Notes: generated from the letters alone by a model not told the origin. DNA of 63,638 nt, filler included, from Choristocarpus tenellus KU-1152 (GCA_964200185.2; 12 parts of 12 records of this genome joined end to end with filler, not necessarily neighbours in it); one strand, 5' to 3'; shown: positions 52,269 through 63,638, numbered from the whole stretch's first letter. Translations and numbers: made by a program.

Positions 52269-53757
52269 GGTTATTAGAATATGTGAATCGTATGGTGATG
52301 ACCCCCTTTGAGCTTTGAAGCTTACTCTCCTTTCTTACACCTTCCTTACTTCATGTACAACTTGTTCTACATAATGAGGAAATAATCGAGTTATTTACAT
52401 ATACAAGTCTTGGGAACACCAATTTCTTTAACATGCTAGCTAGCACGACTTATTGAATTGTGCTAAGTTCTTAAGGCTAGCATTACATCGATTGGAGGGG
52501 GAGTCCCGATGGACGAGGTCGTCAGATATAGAAGACGTACTTCGAGAGGAGCGGAGTATGGAGATACGACACTCACATCACCAGTTGAAGAAGGTGGAGA
52601 GGTTGTCGAGTCTGATATTGAAGATGACAGAGGGGCGGTTAGCAGAACCGCACAACAGGGGGCACCATCTGGCCGAAGATTAAAACGACTGATTCAGTTG
52701 CCAACGACGTTCAAGGTCTACAGTGCTGATGACGACGGTGATGGATTTGCTATGTTCGAGCGAAACTTTCTTTCGTGTCGGGGTGTTGGAAAGACACGCT
52801 GTTATCTGATGATCACATCAGAGTCAGCAGCAATTACTTTGATGCGTCAAGATAGTCAGAACGAGAAATAGACAAGGCGAATATGGCGATGGCTGCTCTG
52901 GTGATGGCCTTGGACGGGTTTGCGGAAAAAGTGGCGAGCAACCATGACAGTCCTTCCGAAGCTTTCCAAGCCTTACGGAACCACTTCAGGAGAAGTGGTA
53001 TCACGGAAAGGGCTACGATGAGATCAAGACTCAATTCTCTACATTTACCTGCTGGTGAAGATCCGGCTACAGTCATCTTGGAATTGGATAACAACATAGT
53101 GAAGAAAATGCGATCCTTGGATAATGAACCCGGCGAAGAAGAATAACTTAGTGCGATGCATAATTGTTTGACTAACGAGTACTTCATTGAGATTCGCCAG
53201 GTCACTGGTTGCGGTCGGGCAGCACGGATGGATCTACAGCAGAGAGTTTGCGAAGCGTATCAACTTCGTAAATGACAACGTGAACGAAGGATGGGCAATA
53301 ACGGTGGTGCATTGATGGTTGGAGGTCCTCGATCCAGGAACGGAAATAAAGGTTTTGTGAAGGATCGGCAGCCAAAACGTGTGGAGTGCTGGCAGTGTGG
53401 AGGATCACACTATCAATCTTCTTGTCCCACTGTCGTTTCGTCCCGATCTTATACAGGTTCGTGTTATATCCGTGGAGAAACAGGACACAAGGCCTACAGT
53501 TGTCCCAAACACTATGGTGGTCTGGGGGAATCGGGTCAACGATCTTCTGGACAAGCTCCCCGAAGGAAGACGAAGAATGGTAAAGGGAAGGGGAGTGGCA
53601 ATGCAAGCAACACTGGTGAAGCTGGTGATGATGAAGAAAGTGGCACACCAGTTCAGCTTGGAGGATTCTCATCGGTAAGCAATGATGGGAGTATAGTCGA
53701 AGTGGATGAACTTCGGTTCTTTGACAGTAGGTGTTCGGTTCATATGACAAACAATCC
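52269..53757 (+). mobile_element. Decayed Ty1/Copia 5' part: possible LTR and PBS (~52269-52445), gag (UBN2-like, two Zn knuckles) and protease start
   Basis: LNSLHLPAGEDPATVILELD; CWQCGGSHYQSSC; CYIRGETGHKAYSCP; FFDSRCSVHMT; TTAACA|TGCTAGC as a degenerate LTR end and PBS. Confidence 0.8.
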
Positions 53758-53833
53758 TACCAGCACCAGTGTTCAGCATCCCATCAGTACGTCCATTTTC
53801 CATCTCCTCTTCAAACAAAAAACTTCCACCCAA

Positions 53834-54092
53834 GAGTTAAAGTATCTTGGAAGGTACGATTTTTTCCCTGTTTGTCCATTTGGGGCTTGACTTCCCAAGG
53901 GTTTTTAATGACATTTCACCTTCTCCAAAATGTTTGGGAGTATGTAAAATGTGTATGTTATGAAAAGGTGCGTCCACAACATGGATATTGGCATCTCCTA
54001 ACAAACATGATACCCAAAATTACATCAAAATTGCAACATTGGATTTTGACCTCCAAATGGACGCGGCTCTACCCTCTAAGATACTTTGACAC
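53834..54092 (-). mobile_element. MITE family A, copy A8
   Basis: TIRs present; TSD CCAA (4 bp). Confidence 0.88.
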
Positions 54093-54099
54093 CCAAGTC

Positions 54100-55067
54100 C
54101 AAATCAGGTCCCTTGTTGGTGGCCATCCCATCATCAGTCAATGAGACCCCTAGAGCAGAGTAAGGTTCCAACACGTAGTCCCTCCTGTGAACTATTTTTC
54201 CTGAATTGGTGAGCAAACCCGCAAGGTATCAGAAGGGTGGTTTAAGGAAAGTCCCATCATCAAGTATGGTTCAGCTCGAGGACACAATTTATGCTGGCGG
54301 TTGTCCACTCTAGTATAACCCTTTGATCCCCAAAGTGGTAAGAGATGAGGATGTGCTGGAACACCATAAAAAAATTCAAAAGGGGACTTCCAGTATGGAT
54401 TAGCAGATGTGGGGGATAAGTTAGTAAGAGTGTTAGCCATGTTGTGCGCCTCAGCTCACAATCCCAGTCGATCCCCCAAACCAGCTGCATGCATCATGAC
54501 CAAACCCTTTTCCACAATCAGGGCAAGAGCCCTTTCCACCTTCCCATATAGTTGAGGAGCTCCAGGCACAGTATACTCATGCCGGATTTTATGTTCATCG
54601 AGTACATCCTCAAAACCAACATTCTTGAATTCCGTCCCTTCGTCAGTTCTCACACACCCAATGCTTAAATTCTCCACTTCAGCCACATCCCTGACGAAAG
54701 CCCGAAAGACCTTAGCAGTTTCATCCTTCGATTTCAAGAATCGTAGCCATCCCATCCCTGTCTTGTCGCTGACCATGAGCATTTCATATTAAAATCCGCC
54801 CGGGCTGCTCGCCCTAGGCTTAGGTCCACTGAGATCTATGAACACCCTCCATAAGCGCTTCCCCGATCTGCCAGACGTCAACCTTTGGTACTGGTTTGCG
54901 GTGAGCCTTGCCAATAGTACACCCTTTGCAATAATGTTGCCACTCCCCAGTGAGATGGATCCCACGTTCCTTAGCATACCTGCGCACCATCGCCTCATGG
55001 CAATGACCCAGCTGATGATGCATTTGATGAATGTCCATATTCCTAGTGGGACACATTCAAGGTACAT
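54100..55067 (-). mobile_element. Decayed Ty1/Copia GAG-pre-integrase and integrase (rve)
   Basis: HHQLGH..CKGCTIGK; VFIDLSGP; VRTDEGTEF; PQLYGKVER; SPFEFFYG; KLCPRA. Confidence 0.92.
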
Positions 55068-55103
55068 TGTAATTATTACTCGAAGGAGACTGTCGCTCGC
55101 CTT

Positions 55104-56603
55104 TCATCTCCGGCTGTGCTTGTCCATAGATCTTGTGGCGTCTTCGTTGTCGTTCTCCTCAGCCCTGTTCCTCCTGAAGTCGGGGGCGAACTCTCCCATC
55201 ATGCACTTAGCGATAATTAAATCGTCAGTCATGAGATTGTCCGCCCTCAGCTCTGCATATTTTGCCTTGATCATCTTGATAATGTCGTGTTTGGTGGTCC
55301 TGCTGGGGGTGGCGATGTCAAGTGTACAGGACAGCGCCTGTGTGGCAGTGTAGACGGACAAAAAGGTTTATTGCAACATGGGTGTGTGGTCTGGAGGTGA
55401 ACATGGGGATGTGGTCAATTGGTAGGGTAGGTTGCTGTATCGGTCCTGGACCCGGCATGAGGGTGGAGCCGGACAGGTTCATCTTCCAAATCTAATTCGT
55501 CGGTTGAATGTTTGGATAAGGCACACCTTTATCTCCTGGCAAGTTTTCGTTGCAGGCCCACCTCCACCACCGGGGTGTATGCGTGGATGAACTTGTCCCA
55601 TGTGACACGGGTGCTGTGAGAGTCCAGGGGTTGAAACATCGATGTCACCCTGTCATCGCCTATTTCAACATCAGGAGCGATGCCGACAAGAGGTTGGATT
55701 TGTATATACCTGGCGGGTGTGCTCGGTGCTAAGATCTTTCGTTACACATTCTAGGAACAATGTCTTGACCTAGAGATCAGGCGTGGACTCACATTGTTCC
55801 CGAGCCAGCACAACTCGTAGCGCTCTCGTCAATGGTGCAAATCTGCTTTTCTCATCCAACAACCAAGAGGTAAGGTAGTTCGAAGTGCGGCCGCTTCCTT
55901 CCATCTCTTCTAGACCATCGTGGTTGACAAATATGGAGAAGAAGAGGTCCATGATCTGGTCCGTTTTGGATTTCTTCCACGAACGTGCGGCACTGGTCTT
56001 GGGCAGTCTCTTTAGTTCCCGTTTCCTGAGTGGGATTCAAACAAGGTTACGATATGAGTTGGTGGGTTTGTTTCCCTTTGACAATTAGTGATCGATCTTG
56101 ATGATGCGAACATAGATAATACTGCCACTTTGTTCGGGCGAAGGGGCTTGCAAAATATTTTGTCACGAAGTGTTCCACGGAGTACGGCCGTGTTGGATGA
56201 CACCCCACGTTGAAAGCATGGAGAAGGGTGTGTTGGATACATCGAGAACCGAAACCGTCCCGATTAGAATATCCTGAAATGGTGTGCATCGCGTATGCGG
56301 TCACTTGCGAGCCCACATCATAAAGGTTATGAATACATCCCATGAAGGGTGTAGGACGAAGTGAATTGAGGTAGTGTTTATTGAACTATAGAGTGTGTAT
56401 TTTGATCTGATTTTTTTGGAAAACACAGTTGACAAATGCTTGGTGGGTGTCGCTCCAGAAAGATATTGGCGCATGTATGTACTACAATTGCCGTGTTCTG
56501 TCGAACGGTAAACTATTGTGCAGGATGGGTTTTGTGGTGAAAGGGATACTGAACGTTTCATGTGTGGTATCGGTCAATACATATCCCCAGATGCACATAC
56601 CAT
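55104..56603 (-). CDS. Predicted 5-exon orphan gene, 224 aa; exons 56603-56601, 56273-56167, 56025-55793, 55659-55562, 55337-55104
   Basis: Four GT-AG introns (327, 141, 133, 224 nt) with matching phases 0, 2, 1, 0; 675 nt open through to TGA; no recognised domain. Confidence 0.65.
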
Positions 56604-56679
56604 TGTATGTGCCTCTTCCTCTACAGGGGATATGAGATTGCGCTTGAATTTTTGGAAAGTTGAGGACGATGGATTGGAG

Positions 56680-57217
56680 GCATGTGGCTTCAAAGAAGTT
56701 GGTGTGTGGGCCATCGCAACTTTTGCCATACTTTTTCGTACGGTATAAAATTTAGTAAGAATGACTTGGTGCGTGTGGTTTCAAAGAAGTTGGTATGTGG
56801 ACAGCCGCAACTTTTGCCATACTTTGTCGTAAGGTTAAGGACGGAAAAAAAGACATGAGGCATGTGACTTGAAATAAGTTGGTATGTGGGCCGCCGCAAC
56901 TTTTGCCATACTTTGTCGTACGGTAAAGTATGGTAAAAATGACATGAGGCGTGTGTGGCTTGACATAAGTTGGTATATGGATAGCCGCAACTTTTGCCAT
57001 ACTTTGTCGTATGGTAAAGTATGATAAAAATGACATGATGCGTGTGGCTTGAAATAAATTGGTATATGAATAGCCGCAACTTTTGCCATTTTTTACGCAC
57101 GGTAAAGTATGGCAAAAATGACATGAGGCGTGTGGCTTGAAATAAGTTGGTATGTGGACCGCCGCAAACCTTTGCCCTACTTTGACGTAGGGTAAAGTAT
57201 GGCAAAAATGACATGAG
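56680..57217. repeat. Tandem array, 6 units of 88-91 bp, each with a central palindrome
   Basis: Unit starts at 56680, 56771, 56860, 56949, 57040, 57128; core TTTTGCCATACTTT-N10-AAAGTATGGCAAAA. Confidence 0.95.
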
Positions 57218-59771
57218 GCGAGCAATGAAGGAAGGGCAAAACATGACTTGGCATAATTTCATTACTGTGTAAGGGTCAGGGACGGTGTGAGGGTTGGGGC
57301 ACAGGGTTAGGGATGGGACAGGTGCTAGGGTTGGGATCGGAAACAGAAACTGAAAGTAACATCGTTTACTTCCGATACATATCGGAACGCGGGTATCGGA
57401 GGACACGAACGTGATAGTTTATGAAGTAAACTGAGTTTTGTGGGCGGGAGAATTCTGGTTGGCTGGGGGCACAGNNNNNNNNNNNNNNNNNNNNNNNNNN
57501 NNNNNNNNNNNNNNNNNNTTAATTAATTAANNNNNNNNNNNNNNNNNNNNNNNNNNNNNNNNNNNNNNNNNNNNGGGGTGGCTGGGGTGGGGGGGGAGGC
57601 TGGGGGGGTTGGGGGGGGGGGGGGGGGGGGGGGGGGTCAATGGTGACATGTAGGATGCTGTCAGGAGTTGGGGCAGGGGGGACAAGGGTTTGGTGAAATC
57701 AGTGGGGTATTGTACTTCCCTGTAGGAGACTTGAGAGTGGAAATTATTCAAGATTTTTCATGTTTGAGTGGAAATTTCTTGGCAAAAATTCGATCCCTGC
57801 AAGTCCAGCAGGATAGCCCCGTATGACTCACCGGTCGTCTGGATACGTTGTATGCTCCCCCCCCCCAATGCCCCTTAACTACACAAGCGCTTGGCATGCA
57901 TTAGGACTCTTTGAGAATTGCTCATTCACAGTGCTGACATCTGTCCACAGAGGTAGCTATTTTGAGTAGAAGACACACATGCAACAGAAACCTACTTCAT
58001 GCGAAGGTTGATACAAGAGCATTATTCCATGCAGGTGTTCCCTGCAGCAAATTTTGCTGATTTCTTGGTACACCACCGTACTAATAACAAGTGTGGAGCC
58101 AGGGGTGAATCAAGACCAGCCGTGCCCGTGAGTGCCATTTACTCATGGGTAGGCCAGTTCCTTAGAGATGAACCGTTTCTACTGCCTCAAGCGCGACGAG
58201 GGGCGTAAACTATGCTATCTCTCACCAAGGTCAACAGTGATGGTGTTGATTGTTGGCGGCGAGGTTGAGTATTTTTACCTGGCAATGCATCTTGATTGTG
58301 CTGTAGGAAAACACTTTTTTATGGTTTGGTGGATGGGTGGATGGGTGGATGGGGGTATCTTTTTTTGAATTTGGTTTATAGGTTAATGTAGGGGTTTGTG
58401 GGTCTATAGTGAAGGTGTTTCGGATGAAGGTCTGTCTTGAGGTGAGGCTGTCCAAGTGGAACATTATAACATTATATTGTTTTCGGAGGGCTTGGATGAG
58501 AGATAGGGTGGGGTGTGGCGTTGTTACAGTCCACATTTTTAGCGTTAAAGAGAAAGTATGTTATAAATTAATGCAGGGCAACAAATGGGCGAGAACCAGG
58601 GGGGCCCTTAGGGTTGTAATACTGTGGGAGGTGGCACTGTGGTCCATACGTGTGTGTTCTATACATTGTAAACCTGTCACGCCATTGCATTATAAAGTTG
58701 CTGTGGTTATGCTTGAGTTTTGTGCACCTCACATGTTATGTGGATTTTTTGATGTGGTGTATGAAATTCTTTAGAATTGAGATATCAGAGGTCCGTTGGG
58801 CTTAATCTTGTTCAAGGCAAGGTGTTACAGGACAAACATGTGGTTGGCCCTTGCATATTGATCATAGTTGACTCTGACTGAGGTCCTAATGCTGTTCGGG
58901 GCATTGCAATGTTTGAAATTAGTCATCTGTACATACTGTTGAGATGTGCATGTTCAAGGAAAGCAGGGAGGGGACACCTCTTTAGGAAACGGTCTTTTTT
59001 GAAAAAAAAAATGCTGTTGTTCCACTCCTTTGTGTTTTTGTGATGCATGATGTTGATGTTTATTTTCGGAGTCAATGTAACAGAGAGGTATGTCAGTTTA
59101 GATAAGATCACTTTTTACATTCTAAGCCATCTTTCTTTTCCTGTGCAGTACAGTCTATTTCATTTCTTTTTTTTTAATGTGCATGATAGTCTACACAAAA
59201 CTGATATTCTCCCTTTCCACACACAAAGTGACGCAAAAAATTGACAAAATGGCCTCTTTTTTGGCATTTTTTGGGATCCTTGAAATGCACTCTCACCCAC
59301 CTCTCAATTACTTGGGCTCTTCATACACATGCAGCACCAACACCATTGACTCAATTCAGAGATCAGCTACGATTTATGGCCTTACCTATCTCTTGCCCAT
59401 ACTCTAATAAAACACATGTATCTGGCCATGTACATACATGGCAACATCACACTTTGCACTTTTGAGCAGGCTCTTCTAGTCTACCTTCCATCAATAGGAG
59501 ATACTGCATTCCTCAAGTATGATGCATACTCCTGAGAGCTCCTCTAGCACTGCTTTTGACAACTGTCAAAACACATTAGACATCGGATTTTATTTGAAGC
59601 GTAAAAAAGTTTCCGACAAATCAATGGTCGTTCCTGTCACAAATCTGAGTTTGTTGTGCATGTTGGTTACATCCGCACAACTCAGATGATTTTGAAGTTG
59701 ACTCATTAACTTGTGTATTTTAAATTATCTGAAAGTGGTGTGGGGCAAATTTTCCGACAAGATGAGATGTT

Positions 59772-60017
59772 GAGTGAAAAGGGTACGAGTTTTGCCCTGT
59801 TTGTCCATTTGGGCCTTGGCTTCCCATGATTTTTTTTATGACATTTTCCTACTCCAAAATGTTTAGGAGTAGGTAAAATGTCTACATTTTGAAAAGGAGT
59901 GTCCGAAACATAGATGTTGTCACTTCCCAACACGATAGTCAAAATTACATCAAAAACACAACATTGGATTTCCACCCCCAAATGGACGCGGCTATACTCT
60001 GTAAGACACTTTGGCTC
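59772..60017 (-). mobile_element. MITE family A, copy A9
   Basis: TIRs (one with a small deletion); TSD TGTT (4 bp). Confidence 0.88.
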
Positions 60018-60929
60018 TGTTGGCAAATCAACAAACAACGACGATTTGTACAATTTGCACTCCCAAGAACAACTCATTATGGAGGGATTCCGAACAATAC
60101 ATTCATACCAGGGAACAATTTGTGTATGTTTCACGTATAGGGGAGGGATACGGACAACTATTGAACTTTCCATATGTAGATGTGGGAGTGGTACGAGCGT
60201 TGTACCCATTTTGAAGAGGATGTCTTACGGACAAGTATTTGTACATGTTTTTGGATGGGAGAGTGGTAACGATACGTAGATATGTGAACACTGACCAGCG
60301 ATGTAGAACCTTTCAACATAGAAAGTTGGGGACGACCGAAGCAGGTATTTAACTTGGGGACATGGCACACCGATATCACGTCACCCACGACAAAACAACG
60401 TGGAATTTAGAACCAGGGAACAAGTACTGTATGTGATCACAGTAGTTCAGATTTGTACAAATAACAGGGGTTTCTCAAAATTGAGGATGGAGCGGGACTA
60501 TGAGCGAAAACGGTCTTAAAAAAGTACCGAAAGGTTTTTTTTTGCGACTGTTTTTGCACTTAGAAGNNNNNNNNNNNNNNNNNNNNNNNNNNNNNNNNNN
60601 NNNNNNNNNNTTAATTAATTAANNNNNNNNNNNNNNNNNNNNNNNNNNNNNNNNNNNNNNNNNNNNGGGGGGGAGGGGGGGGAAGGAAGGGGTAGACGAT
60701 ACAACTGGGGGGTTAAGGTCAAGGTTGAGGTTAGGGTTATAGGGCAGACTGCAGACCAATTATTAAAAAATAAAAGTTCCTGATTTCCAACAACAGCAAT
60801 AACAACAAAAAAATCGGAGTTCAGCAATAGTGGTACGGCGTTACGATATTTATAAATGTAAACAAAACAGTCAATAATGAAAAAAAAAAAGTTTGAGAGG
60901 GTATATATATCAAATATATATATATATAC

Positions 60930-61220
60930 CTTCAACTTTTTAGAAGGAATAGACGGCGACGACCACAGGATTTCCGATGCCCCCCCCCCAACCCCTCCCA
61001 CCCCATCAGAAGATGGAGGCTGAGCACCCCGGTAGACTACAAGAGAACCATTCTCTGTCAGGACAGCGCCGTGTGGCTCACAGTCAGAGCGCAGGAATGA
61101 TAGGAAGGAGCATGATGCCAAGCGATGACCCGGTTCGAGGGTTTCGCCTGGTAGTAAGTAGGAAGGCGGTTGCTGATTTGCAGCTGCCAACAGGAGGACG
61201 AGGACAGCAGCCACCACCTT
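60930..61220 (-). CDS. Exon encoding a hydrophobic segment and a bulb-type (B-) lectin-like domain (partial gene)
   Basis: LLPGETLEPGHRLAS...AVLTENGSLVVYRG...ILWSS; AAG|GTATAT donor at 60930. Confidence 0.55.
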
Positions 61221-62733
61221 GACGACCTTTTTTTTGTTTTTGTTTAAAAGGATTGGACAGAAAAAAACAAAAATAATAATACATAACATTTGTTTTTGTT
61301 TTGTTTTGTTTTTATTTTTAAGAGAAAGAGAAAGAGAGAAAGGGAGAGAGGGAAAGAGAAAGGAAAAAGGACGGGAGAATAATGAATGGGGACATCAACC
61401 ACTGTAAGAAGTAATAGTGTATAATTGAATGTATAATTGGAAAAATATATATAAAGAAAGAAAAAAAAGTGTGGAGATGGTGGGAGAACAATGGATGAGA
61501 AAATTAACCACTATAAAAAAAATGTAAAAAAAAATTACATCCAAGAAAGAGAGAGAGAGAGAGAGAGAGAGAAAAAAGTCAAGTCTTACACTTCGACAAG
61601 CAATCTAAAAAATAAAAACAAGCAGATACATAGGGTTAGGGATGGGGGTGAGGAGTGTTTTCGAGCATCATGGGGAAGACCCTTGCCTACGATCCATGGG
61701 TTCGAAACCCCCAGATGACGAGGAAGGACTCGACAATGAGGTTGGCTAACTGAACCTTGACCTGATGCTGGTGGGTGAATCTGTGTCTTGGGTATCCTCA
61801 CTGTCACCAGTCTCGTGTTCCTTTCCATCTTCACTTTCAGCTTCTCCTAAACATTCAGGGTATTACTGCTGTTGCTGATGGTGTCCTCTGATCTTGGAAT
61901 CAGGCATTCTGGTAAGTAGGGCTGAAGTTTTGCCTCTATCCCTGTATCTGAATACCCTGGGTTGCCACATTTCAATTGTATGATTCTGTGGCGGTATGGC
62001 TCACTCAGGGAAATACGGTGAAGGAATTCACCAGGCAAGATAACTCCGAAGGAATCCCCCAGCTCTTGGTATCTCTGAATGAAGAGATTCCACCTGTGGG
62101 ACTGGTTTCTCGAAGAGATTCCATGGAATCTGCCTCACTGAAGATTCTCTACTGGAATCCAGGATTCCTGGCAAGTAACTTCAAATGGTATGACGGTATA
62201 TGGTATACGCCAACGATGGTATGACAACGAGTAACCCTGCTTTCCAAATTTATATACTTTGAATAATATGCTTGAGCTTGTCCATGTAACTCATGCTTGA
62301 GATTGTCTGGCTTCCTTTCGCCTTATAAGAACCCTGGTTGCAGAGGGAAGAATTTCTTTCAGGAAATTTGACTTTTGATGAACCATGTGCCAAGTGTGTT
62401 GGAAACCTGTACCATGCTATTTTGTGCTACACCACAATAAGGGACAAACAGAAAGATCTGGATCTTGGTGGCGAAGTTCATTGCGGACTGAGGGAGTACA
62501 CACCAGATTCAAGAGAGGAGGTGGACTGACGAGCGAGGGGTGGCTAAACCTAATGCGTGAGAAACGTCGAGGCATGCATGGGGGCAGTGCAAGTAATTGT
62601 AGTGCAACGGGTAGTTCAAACGGTACAACAAATAGTGCACTGTGCACTGCTATTTGACCATGGATCAAGGGGATAGGTAGGTTGGAGGTGGTGGAGAAGT
62701 TCTAGAGTAAAAGTGAGCAACTAATAGCAAATA

Positions 62734-63638
62734 CTTCCTCCATTCGGAAATAACTGTAACTTAAATTTACAGTCCCGATAAAGCAATATTTTTGTTCATA
62801 TGTTCATGTTTTATGGGTGTATTGTCAGACACTAAAAGGTTGCCCACCAAAATCTCAAGCAAAATGGGGAAGCCTACACCTAGCTATAATTCCGCCCCCA
62901 AAGCCCTCCAAACTCCATTCCAGTACGGTATTTTGCCGCATCCTCTGGGACATTTGGGGGGAGCTTGCCCACCTTGTCAGCCTTTTCCTTGCTAAGATGG
63001 GGGAATTTTGAAGATGTTACCCTTGGACCCCAGCACTTCACTGTAGACTGCAAAGAGGCTCTGTCAGACACGCTCTAGTGTCTCCCGGGGGTATACATCG
63101 AATACCTCCGTTGTGGCCTCCACCAGGTCCTCTGTGTTGGCCACTGCCACGTCTTCCTTTAGTTGCTGGATGAGAAATGAGAGAATCCCAAGTCATTCAC
63201 GTTGAGGTCAGGTGAGTTGACTGGCTGGGGTCTCCATTACAATGTCGTTCCCTGCCGCTTCCTTGATCGCCTCCATGATCCCCCCATGTTGTGTGTCTTT
63301 GCCCTGTCCTGCTGCACGAAGATGGTGTGTCCTTCTGGCCTAGGCATGCGGGTCTTGATTTGCTGGGATGACATCATTGATCATGGGCTTTTTGTTCCTC
63401 TCCCCATCCACAATGCCTTGCACAAGAACCTTGGTGGCCTTGGGGTGGTGTTTGCTGGAGCGATGAGTGACCTTAGTGTTCACGATTAGCCAGATCCCAA
63501 TTTTCCCATCGAACCACACCCTGTAGGAGACCTTCATAGGGCGATCCACAGCTGCAAGAAATATCACCTTTGTGGTGTAACACTTATTCCATGCCTGTGG
63601 GGGGTTGGGGAAGTCCTGGGTGCAGGTGCACACCTTGC
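62734..63638 (-). mobile_element. Decayed DD39D (plant/oomycete-type) mariner element, 3' part with a Stowaway-type TIR
   Basis: KVIFLAAVDRP..WFDGKIGIW; FVQQD; degenerate SPDLNVNDLG; terminus TA|CTTCCTCCATTCGGAAATAA resembles TA|CTCCCTCCRT. Confidence 0.88.

Noticed and set aside
56680-57217. CRISPR-like array
   Set aside because: Units are similar along their whole length, with no unique spacers and no cas-like ORFs.
56690-57406. 238-aa and 157-aa repeat ORFs
   Set aside because: By-products of the tandem array; unit lengths are mostly not multiples of 3.
57800-59000. Possible LINE or Helitron remnant (similar cases at 15600-16500, 22640-23300, 43050-44300)
   Set aside because: Coding-like, but no diagnostic motif is recognisable by eye.
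3857-60279. Recurrent ORFs MLGSVNILVPDT... and TSKSQHW..RLYPLRYF
   Set aside because: Chance translations of MITE family A.
4224-60666. Regularly recurring TTAATTAATTAA palindrome
   Set aside because: It is always centred in N44 runs: an artificial six-frame-stop contig linker, not biology.
1-63638. Fanzor/TnpB, Cas or other RNA-guided nuclease
   Set aside because: I saw no RuvC or Zn-ribbon motif set in any ORF; a frameshift-aware HMM search would be needed to exclude decayed copies.

Overview
This is eukaryotic nuclear DNA from a stramenopile alga, probably a brown alga or close relative (inference from spliced GT-AG genes, bipartite plastid-targeting peptides, flagellar genes and TTAGGG-like motifs). 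It is not one locus: 12 short contigs are joined by eleven artificial 100-nt linkers (N44-TTAATTAATTAA-N44), so adjacency across linkers means nothing. Host genes: a complete 5-exon, apparently plastid-targeted Aa_trans amino-acid transporter; a divergently transcribed PH-ankyrin-EF-hand-like gene; partial PCF11-like, CCDC180-like, NME7-like and B-lectin-like genes; the first exon of a plastid-targeted protein; and an intact tRNA-Arg(CCT). The rest is largely decayed Copia, Gypsy, LINE, PIF/Harbinger and DD39D-mariner sequence plus many MITEs. Three observations stand out. (1) A ~258-bp MITE family (8 full copies, 1 partial) has TSDs that are either 3 or 4 bp and not sequence-specific, and a related G-tract family shares its terminal and subterminal motifs. 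(2) A phase-consistent 5-exon orphan ORF (224 aa), missed by the ORF track, sits directly beside a 6 x ~89-bp array of palindromic units and a hairpin terminus. (3) A 51-nt copy of the 3' half of tRNA-Ser including CCA is placed like an over-extended primer-binding site. All protein identifications are by eye from motifs; no searches were run.
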